This document shows, one piece after another, positions 57,572 through 64,000 of a DNA stretch of 64,000 nt (position 1 is its first letter; every line of letters begins with the position of its first letter). A program made the position numbers and the translations under genes. The notes under the pieces are model-generated. The model saw only the letters and a program-made list of their open reading frames with translations, did not search any database and had not been told where the DNA came from. This stretch comes from Kiritimatiellia bacterium (GTDB taxonomy: Bacteria; Verrucomicrobiota; Kiritimatiellia; CAIQIC01; JAGNIJ01): assembly GCA_018001225.1 (NCBI GenBank), contig JAGNIJ010000017.1:10688-74687 (forward strand), read 5' to 3'.

Positions 57572-59137
57572 TCAGTCCTTCTTCCGGCGGAAGCGGATAT
57601 CCCGCTCCATTGTTTCCAGTTCCTTGCCGTCCTGCAGGAGCTGGCTCTTCAGCGTCCAGATCACGCCCGGGCGCAGGCGCGCGGTGGGGATCATGATCTC
57701 GGTCAGCTTGCGCGCCTCGCGCGGCGCCAGGTCGAATTTCTCTTCTCCCTCGCCCAGAATCCGGCCGGCCTTGTCCGACAGGCGCCAGCGCTCGGAAAAA
57801 CCTTTCAGCGGCTCCGCCGACAGGGACCGCGCCCACAGCGACGCCTGCAGCAGGTCGCCGGCCATCGGGGTCAGCGAGTCCGTTTCGAACCACCAGTACG
57901 TGCCCGGCAGCTTGCGCGAGAGCGAGCGAATGGCCTTGCGATGGAGCGTGCGCCGGTACTCCGTGCTCCGGCATTCGGACTTCGTCCGCAGCCCGGCGCG
58001 CGCCGCGGGATCGGACTGGAAGGCCCTCCACAATACGCTGCGCTCCAGGGAGTTGGCCATGGCCAGGAACAGGCGTGCCTGGTGGTCCGTCGAGTAGTAG
58101 CGCGCCCGCTCGCCCGTCCGCCAGTTGATGTGGTCGCAGAACCCGACGGAGGATTTGCGCAGTCCGCGCGTCGGGGGCAGCAGGGCCCCCATCTGTTCCA
58201 GCGCCTCGAAATTACGGAACACCTCCCGCGGGAAAAACGGCATCGCCTGCGCCGACACGTAAGGGTGGATCACGGGGAACGTCGGGGCCTCCGTGGGAGG
58301 GATCTTGGCGGCCGGATCCCAGCCCCACGCGGGAGCGCCGATGTTGAGGGCGTGCTCGATCTGGCGCCACGCGGCCAGCATGTCCGACTGGCCGAAGCAC
58401 GTTCCCCGGGGATCGAGAAAGACACTGCCGTGCACCGGGCGGAGCGGCGTGGAGGAAATCTCGCCCGGGGCCGGCCACGTCGAGGGGGGCACCGCGCCGG
58501 AGGCGAGCATCAGGAAGTGCGCCAGGCGCAGGCCGTCGTCCGAGCGCGGCTCCGCCGGCTCCCGCGCCGACCTTCTGAAGATGTCGAATCGGCGGTAGAG
58601 GCGCCCCGTTTCCCGGTCGTAGAACGCGGCCCACGGGATGGCGTCCAGGAATTCCGTGCAGCGTCTCGCGAGCCGCGGATAGGTGGCGCGCACGACCATC
58701 AGGCCCGCGGGCAGGTTGGCATACGAGGCCAGTTCGCCGTCACCGGGGATCGGCTTGCGGTCCTCGCCGTCGGCGGGCAGCGTGTCCGGGTAGATGCGGT
58801 TCCAGTGCGGCAGGGTGTCGAGGCTCGAGAGGATGCGCTCGATCCGCCGAACGGCTTCGTCTTCCCCGATGTACTCCAGCCGCTGGGCGACGCACAGGGC
58901 GGCCAGGTAGAGGCCGATGGTGGACGACGTGGTCCGGCCGCGGGACAGCGTGGATTCGTAGGGCAGCCCGCTTGCCTCCGAGCACATTTCGTCCAGGCCG
59001 GCCCAGGTGTTCTGCATGAGCGTTTGCAGGCGGCGGCGCTCGTTGCGCGTGAGGTTGTCGGGCCACGACGCGGCCGGAGCCCAGGCGGCGGCGAACAGGA
59101 CGGCCCCGACGGCCGCGATCAAATGCTTCTTCACCAT
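57572..59137 (-). CDS. Secreted hypothetical protein (possible alpha/alpha-barrel glycoside-hydrolase-like fold)
   Basis: GAGAGGAG RBS. Signal peptide MVKKHLIAAVGAVLFAAAWAPAAS. A 520-aa Trp/Arg-rich product. The fold assignment is a guess from composition only. Confidence 0.45.
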   Translation of the reverse strand: MVKKHLIAAVGAVLFAAAWAPAASWPDNLTRNERRRLQTLMQNTWAGLDEMCSEASGLPYESTLSRGRTTSSTIGLYLAALCVAQRLEYIGEDEAVRRIERILSSLDTLPHWNRIYPDTLPADGEDRKPIPGDGELASYANLPAGLMVVRATYPRLARRCTEFLDAIPWAAFYDRETGRLYRRFDIFRRSAREPAEPRSDDGLRLAHFLMLASGAVPPSTWPAPGEISSTPLRPVHGSVFLDPRGTCFGQSDMLAAWRQIEHALNIGAPAWGWDPAAKIPPTEAPTFPVIHPYVSAQAMPFFPREVFRNFEALEQMGALLPPTRGLRKSSVGFCDHINWRTGERARYYSTDHQARLFLAMANSLERSVLWRAFQSDPAARAGLRTKSECRSTEYRRTLHRKAIRSLSRKLPGTYWWFETDSLTPMAGDLLQASLWARSLSAEPLKGFSERWRLSDKAGRILGEGEEKFDLAPREARKLTEIMIPTARLRPGVIWTLKSQLLQDGKELETMERDIRFRRKKD

Positions 59138-59256
59138 GCGCTCCTCTCGACAAGCGAACAGGTATACCATAACGGGCCCGGGGCCGGGGTCAATCCCGCA
59201 TTCATGCGGGCCCCTGCGGGATTGCGCGCCGGTTCCCGTTGGGTCAGGATAGCGCC

Positions 59257-60639
59257 ATGTCCGAACATTACCATATGGTCGGCGTCGCCGGCGTCGGCAT
59301 GAGCGCGCTGGCGCAGGCCCTGCTGGCGCGCGGATGCCGCGTGTCGGGTTCCGACCGGTTCCTGGACCAGGGCCGGCCGACGGACACGCTGGAAGTCCTG
59401 CGGGCCGCCGGCGTGGAACTGACGCCGCAGGATGGTTCGGGCGTGCGCGCGGACACCGCCGGCGTGATCGTCAGCACGGCCATCGAACCGGACAACCCGG
59501 ACCTGGAGGCGGCCCGCGCGAAGGGCCGGCCGGTCCTGCACCGGGCCGAGATGCTGGCGCGCCTGGTGCGCGGCCGGCGCCTGCTGGCCGTGGCCGGCAC
59601 GTCCGGAAAGACCACGGTGACCGGCCTCCTGGGCTGGCTGCTGGATTGGTGCGGCCGGCGGCCGACCGTCGTCAACGGCGGCGCGGTGCTGAATTGGAAG
59701 GGGCCCGGAGCCCTCGGCAATTTCCGGAACGGGCGCGATGACCTCTGGGTGATCGAGGCGGACGAAAGCGACCGGTCGTTCCTGCAATTCGAGCCGGAGT
59801 GGGCGATCGTCACCAACATCTCGCGCGACCATTTTGAGCTCCGGGAGACCGAGGACCTGTTCCGCGAGTTCGCGCGCCGGGCGCGGGAGGGGGTCGTCTG
59901 CGGCCGCGGCGTCGCCGGCCGGCTGCGCCGCGGCCCCGGGGATGCGTTCCCCGCGATGCTCTTCGAAGAGCAACTCGAACCGGCCGCGGACGGGTTCGTG
60001 CGGGAGGGGGTCCATTTCCGCGTGCCGCTGCCCGGCCGGCACAATATCGAGAATGCCTGGCTGGCCGTGCTTCTCGCCCGGCATCTCGGCGTTCACGCCG
60101 TCCCCCTGCGCGATGCTCTCCTCGCGTTCCGCGGCATCGAGCGCCGACTGGAGCGGGTGGGGGAGGCGGGCGGGGTCGCGGTGGTGGACGACTACGCCCA
60201 CAACCCGGCCAAGATTTCCGCGGCCTGGACCACGATGGCGGGAGGGGGCGGCCGGGTCCTCGGCGTGTGGCGGCCGCACGGTTTCGGCCCGCTCGCGGCG
60301 ATGATGCCGGAGCTGGAGGCGGCGTGGCTCCGCGTGATGCGCCCCGCGGACCGCCTATTCCTCCTGCCCGTTTTCTACGCGGGCGGAACGGCCCGCGCGG
60401 CGGCGGACTCCGGGGATCTTGCCCGGCGCCTGCAGGAGGGCGGCCGGGCGGCCACCGCCGTGGCCTCATACGAGGATCTCGAGCAGGAACTCCGGGCGGC
60501 CGCGCGGCCGGGGGACACGATTCTCGTCATGGGCGCGCGCGACCCGGAATTGCCGCGCTTCGCGCGGCGGATGGTCGAGGGCCTCAAGACCGCGACGCCT
60601 CGGGACGGCGGCGCAGCGCCAGGTTCAGGATGTGGTTGA
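59257..60639 (+). CDS. murC: UDP-N-acetylmuramate-L-alanine ligase family (MurC/Mpl)
   Basis: HMVGVAGVGMSALAQALLARGCRVSGSD (Mur ligase N-terminal Rossmann), the central P-loop AVAGTSGKTTVTGLL, and HNIENAWLAVLLARHLG. The track ORF begins at a TTG at 59239; ATG 59257 is preferred. Confidence 0.75.
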   Translation: MSEHYHMVGVAGVGMSALAQALLARGCRVSGSDRFLDQGRPTDTLEVLRAAGVELTPQDGSGVRADTAGVIVSTAIEPDNPDLEAARAKGRPVLHRAEMLARLVRGRRLLAVAGTSGKTTVTGLLGWLLDWCGRRPTVVNGGAVLNWKGPGALGNFRNGRDDLWVIEADESDRSFLQFEPEWAIVTNISRDHFELRETEDLFREFARRAREGVVCGRGVAGRLRRGPGDAFPAMLFEEQLEPAADGFVREGVHFRVPLPGRHNIENAWLAVLLARHLGVHAVPLRDALLAFRGIERRLERVGEAGGVAVVDDYAHNPAKISAAWTTMAGGGGRVLGVWRPHGFGPLAAMMPELEAAWLRVMRPADRLFLLPVFYAGGTARAAADSGDLARRLQEGGRAATAVASYEDLEQELRAAARPGDTILVMGARDPELPRFARRMVEGLKTATPRDGGAAPGSGCG

Positions 60640-61597
60640 TCAGGGCCGGGTATTCCATGCCGGCCTGCCCCGCCGCCATCGGCAGTTCGGCGTCGCGCGA
60701 GATGTCCGGGTTCGGGTTGGCCTCGAGGAAGACGATCTCACCCGCCGGCGTCAGCCGCAGGTCGACGCGCCCGTAGTCGCGCAGCTTCAGCAACTCGAAC
60801 ACGCGCCGGCTGAAGCGGGCGATCCGCCGCATCGTGGCGGCGTCCAGCTCGGCCGGCTGGTAGCGGATGTCCCATTTTTTCCTGTAGGCCGGATCCCATT
60901 TGACCTTCGCCGTGGCGATCGGCGGTCCGCCTTCGTTTGCCTTCCCAAAGAGCAACTCCCAGGGGGGGAAGGCGTGCCGCTTGAGGTTGCCGAGCACCCC
61001 GACGTAGAGTTCCCGGCCCTCGATGTACTCCTCGCAGATCGCCGGCTGCTGCCGCCCCTCGTGGATCATGCGGACGCGTTCCTGCAATTCGGCCGGCGTG
61101 TTCACCACCGAGGCCAGGGAGATGCCGTCCGAGCCGTCCTCGAACATGGGCTTGACGATGACGGGGAACCGGAGGCGGCTCGGCGGCTTGTGCCGCCCGA
61201 CCGGCACCTCGTCGAAACGCGGCACGCGGATGCGGTGATAGCCCAGGATCCGCTTGCCGGCGGCCTTGTCCCGGCACAGCCATAGTCCCGCGGGGCCCGT
61301 GCCCGTGTACGGGAGGTGGAGCAGTTCCAGCACGGCGGCGACGTTCAGGTCCTTGCGCCGGTCGCCCTCGAAGCGCTCGGTGAGGTTGAAGACAAGGTCC
61401 GCCCCGGCGGCCTGCAGCGCCTGCATCGTCTGCAGGACGTCGGGGCCGAAGGCAAGGGCGACGACCTCGTGCCCCAGCCCGCGCACGGCCGCGGCGACGT
61501 GGCATTCCATCTCGCCGCGCGCCGCCTCCGTCCGCCCCTCGAACTGCGGGTCGTCGGGCCGGACGGCTTCGAGGTCCACCAGCAGCAGGATTTTCAT
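60584..61597 (-). CDS. ddl: D-alanine--D-alanine ligase-family ATP-grasp protein
   Basis: MKILLLVDLEAV... N-domain, then the ATP-grasp pattern PVIVKPMFEDGSDGISLASV...EEYIEGRELYVGVLGN...GRVDLRLTPAGEIVFLEANPNP. Its 3' end overlaps the 3' end of murC by 56 nt (convergent). Confidence 0.7.
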   Translation of the reverse strand: MKILLLVDLEAVRPDDPQFEGRTEAARGEMECHVAAAVRGLGHEVVALAFGPDVLQTMQALQAAGADLVFNLTERFEGDRRKDLNVAAVLELLHLPYTGTGPAGLWLCRDKAAGKRILGYHRIRVPRFDEVPVGRHKPPSRLRFPVIVKPMFEDGSDGISLASVVNTPAELQERVRMIHEGRQQPAICEEYIEGRELYVGVLGNLKRHAFPPWELLFGKANEGGPPIATAKVKWDPAYRKKWDIRYQPAELDAATMRRIARFSRRVFELLKLRDYGRVDLRLTPAGEIVFLEANPNPDISRDAELPMAAGQAGMEYPALINHILNLALRRRPEASRS

Positions 61598-61671
61598 GCG
61601 CGCCTTCTCGGCCCATTCAATTCTATTTATGTCCGGGGCGCAAGGGGTTAAAAGCGGTCCGCGTTCTGCAT

Positions 61672-61699
61672 TTGAACATCGGGCCGCGAAGACTATAAT
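61672..61699 (+). promoter_or_regulatory. Candidate metG promoter: TTGAAC, 16-nt spacer, TATAAT
   Basis: -35 at 61672-61677 and a perfect -10 at 61694-61699, 62 nt upstream of the metG ATG in a divergent intergenic region. Confidence 0.45.
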
Positions 61700-61761
61700 G
61701 CCCGCGTTTTTCCAGGCCCGGCGCCGGGGCGGCGCGGGGACGGGGACCCGAAAGGCCCGAT

Positions 61762-63741
61762 ATGAACAGAACGAAATTTTACGTCACGACGCCGATTTAT
61801 TACGTCAACGACGAGCCGCACATCGGCCACGCGTACACCACGATCCTGGCCGATGTGCTCGCGCAGTACCACCGGCTGCTCAAGGTGCCGACGCATTTCC
61901 TGACCGGCTCGGACGAGCACGGCCAGAAGGTCCAGAAGGCCGCGCAGGCCGCCGGCATCACACCGCAGGAGCAGGCCGACCGGACCGTGGTCCGCTTCCA
62001 GCTCCTGTGGAAGAAGCTCCATATCACGAACGACGACTTCATCCGCACCACGGAGGAGCGCCACAAGAAAGTCGTGCAGCAGATCCTGCAGAACCTCTAC
62101 GACCGCGGCGAGATCTACCGCGCCGAGTACGACGGCTGGTACTGCGTGCCCTGCGAGCGGTTCTTCACCGAGAAGGACCTGGCGGACGGCAAGTGCCCCG
62201 AATGCGGCAGGCCGGTCGAGAAACTCACCGAGGCGAACTATTTCTTCCGTATGGGCAAGTACCAGGAATGGCTCGTCCGCTACATCGAGGAGAACCCGAA
62301 GTTCATCCAGCCGGACTCCCGGCGCAACGAGACGCTCGGGTTTCTGCGCAAGCCGCTCAACGACCTGTGCATCTCCCGGCCGAAGAGCCGGATGGGGTGG
62401 GGCATCGACCTGCCGTTCGATTCCGAGTACGTGACCTACGTCTGGTTCGACGCGCTGGTCAACTACATCAGCGCCGTGGGCTACCGGGCGGACGACGAGG
62501 CCTTCCGGAAGTGGTGGCCCGCGAGCTACCACCTGGTCGGCAAGGACATCCTCACGACGCACACCGTGTACTGGCCGACAATGCTCAAGGCCATGGACCT
62601 GCCGATGCCCGAGACCGTGTTCGCGCACGGCTGGTGGCTCTCCGGCGAGGACAAGATGAGCAAGTCGCTGGGCAATGTCGTCAAGCCGATGGACATGATC
62701 GAGCGGGTGGGCGTGGACGCGTTCCGCTATTTCTTGATCGCGGAGATGGTGCTCGGGCAGGACGCGTCGTTCACGGAGGACTCGTTCACGCGCCGGTACA
62801 ACGCCGATCTCGCGAACGACCTCGGCAATCTCCTGAACCGCGTGCTCGCGATGATCGGCAAGTATTGCGAGGGCAAAATGCCCGAGCCGTCCGCGGCGGC
62901 GCTGGAGGAGCCCGATGCCAAGGCGCTCTGGGAGAAGGTGCAGGCCTCCGTGAAGGGCATGGAGGCCGCGCTCGAGCAGATGAAGCTCAACGAGGGCGTC
63001 GGCCAGGTGATCGCCGCCGTGCGCGAAGTCAACCGCTACCTCGAGCTGCGCCAGCCTTGGACGCTGGCCAAGGCGGAGGATCCGGTGCCGCTGCGGAACT
63101 GCCTGTATACCGCGTCCGAGGCCCTGCGGGTGCTCGGCGGGCTGCTCTATCCCGTCATGCCCGGGAAAATGGCCGAGTTGAGGAAAGCCCTGGGCATGGC
63201 TCGCCCCAAGCCGGACATCCGCCGTTTCGGGACGTGGGGCGTTTTGAAACCGGGCGTGCCCGTGCGCGCGCCGGGAGCGCTGTTCCCGCGTCTGGTCGAT
63301 GAAAAAGAGAAGGTCGCGGAGCAGCAGATCGAACTGATTCCCGCCGCGCCGGCGGCGCCCGAGGCGCCGAAAGTCGCCGCGCCGCCGTCCGCCGCGGAGA
63401 AGCCGTCGGCGGTCGAGGGGCTGATCGAGTACGAGGACTTCGCGAAGATCCAGCTCCGCACGGCGAAGATTCTCCAGGCCTTCAAGATCCAGGGCGCGAC
63501 GAAGCTGCTGCGGCTCGAGGTGCTGATGGGCGAGGAGCGGCGGCAGATCGTCGCCGGCATCGCGCTGCACTACGATCCGGAGAAGCTGATCGGCAAGACC
63601 ATCGTCATGGTGGCCAACCTGAAGCCCGCCGTCATCCGCGGCATCGAGTCGCAGGGCATGCTGCTCGCCGCGACCAGGGGCGAGCGGATGCGCCTCGTCA
63701 CCGTGGACGGCGACCAGGCCAGCGGCGCCGTGGTGAAGTAG
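61762..63741 (+). CDS. metG: Methionyl-tRNA synthetase with a C-terminal tRNA-binding (EMAP/Trbp111-like) domain
   Basis: The HIGH motif in PIYYVNDEPHIGHAYTT, a zinc knuckle CVPCERFF...CPECG, KMSKS, and the C-terminal domain LDIRVGKI-equivalent (IQLRTAKILQA...VVMVANLKP). Confidence 0.95.
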   Translation: MNRTKFYVTTPIYYVNDEPHIGHAYTTILADVLAQYHRLLKVPTHFLTGSDEHGQKVQKAAQAAGITPQEQADRTVVRFQLLWKKLHITNDDFIRTTEERHKKVVQQILQNLYDRGEIYRAEYDGWYCVPCERFFTEKDLADGKCPECGRPVEKLTEANYFFRMGKYQEWLVRYIEENPKFIQPDSRRNETLGFLRKPLNDLCISRPKSRMGWGIDLPFDSEYVTYVWFDALVNYISAVGYRADDEAFRKWWPASYHLVGKDILTTHTVYWPTMLKAMDLPMPETVFAHGWWLSGEDKMSKSLGNVVKPMDMIERVGVDAFRYFLIAEMVLGQDASFTEDSFTRRYNADLANDLGNLLNRVLAMIGKYCEGKMPEPSAAALEEPDAKALWEKVQASVKGMEAALEQMKLNEGVGQVIAAVREVNRYLELRQPWTLAKAEDPVPLRNCLYTASEALRVLGGLLYPVMPGKMAELRKALGMARPKPDIRRFGTWGVLKPGVPVRAPGALFPRLVDEKEKVAEQQIELIPAAPAAPEAPKVAAPPSAAEKPSAVEGLIEYEDFAKIQLRTAKILQAFKIQGATKLLRLEVLMGEERRQIVAGIALHYDPEKLIGKTIVMVANLKPAVIRGIESQGMLLAATRGERMRLVTVDGDQASGAVVK

Positions 63742-63768
63742 GCTGGAGGCGCCGAGCCCCCGCGGCGT

Positions 63769-64000
63769 CTATTTGAACTTCCCGTCCTTCTGGAAGACCT
63801 TTCCGTCCACGTGGAGCGCGCCGCCGCGGCGCAGGTCCTTGATCATATCCCAGTGCAGGGCCGAGCGGTTGCGGCCGCCGGTCTCCTTGTACGAGCGGCC
63901 GAGGGCAAGGTGGATCGTGCCGCCGATCTTCTCGTCGAAGAGGATGTTCTTGATGAAGCGGTCGATCCCGTAGTTGGTGCCGATGCCGAGTTCGCCGAGC
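63769..64000 (-). CDS. M29-family aminopeptidase (AmpS/PepS-like), C-terminal fragment; the gene continues beyond the window end
   Basis: Minus-strand translation reads ...[76 protein letters not shown] with the stop at 63769-63771, the conserved M29 C-terminus. Confidence 0.7.
   Translation of the reverse strand, partial: LGELGIGTNYGIDRFIKNILFDEKIGGTIHLALGRSYKETGGRNRSALHWDMIKDLRRGGALHVDGKVFQKDGKFK

Noticed and set aside
1-64000. tRNA, rRNA or other structured RNA genes in intergenic regions
   Set aside because: None of the intergenic stretches (longest about 350 nt) shows a tRNA-like T-arm (GTTCRANYC) or acceptor symmetry by eye. A tRNAscan/Infernal run would be needed to be certain.

Overview
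This 64 kb window is a high-GC (about 68-70%) bacterial chromosomal segment. Its Pro/Ala/Glu-rich low-complexity tails, a 3918-aa multidomain surface protein, a pilM/N-O-P-Q type IV pilus block and widespread gene overlaps suggest a PVC-superphylum-like organism (Verrucomicrobia/Planctomycetes-type). That placement is an inference, not a database result.

Most of the window is housekeeping: purC, pepA, tadA, a SurA-like PPIase, a D-2-hydroxyacid dehydrogenase, mtnP, glgC, a 5'-3' exonuclease, coaE, rho, fabI, speA, a MurC-family ligase, a Ddl-like ATP-grasp protein, metG and a partial M29 aminopeptidase.

Three regions look accessory or unusual:
1. A cluster at 8.9-20.3 kb encodes a long-tailed MotA/TolQ/ExbB-family stator protein, two ExbD/TolR-family proteins (one with a TonB/TolA-like Pro-rich tail) and three paralogous signal-peptide-bearing beta-propeller proteins. 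The clusters carry no recognisable TonB, TolA, Pal or MotB. This is my candidate for an undescribed PMF-driven envelope machine.
2. A repeat hot spot at 20.8-21.3 kb truncates a HEPN toxin gene with a palindromic MITE-like element. It also places a (CTGAACA)5 heptamer tract exactly where it throws a YkgJ-like Cys-cluster gene out of frame, which could be a phase-variation switch.
3. A giant 3918-aa S8-protease surface protein (22.5-34.3 kb) is followed by a type IV pilus block with a fused PilM-PilN, an atypical PilP-like protein and a PilQ secretin carrying an acidic repeat region.

Several sigma70-like promoters, intrinsic terminators and a recurring GC-rich dyad motif (GTGAC-R-CGGSCG-TCYC-GSCCGTG) were also read directly from the sequence. 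The many long ORFs antisense to real genes are high-GC artefacts and were rejected. No rRNA, tRNA or CRISPR was found.
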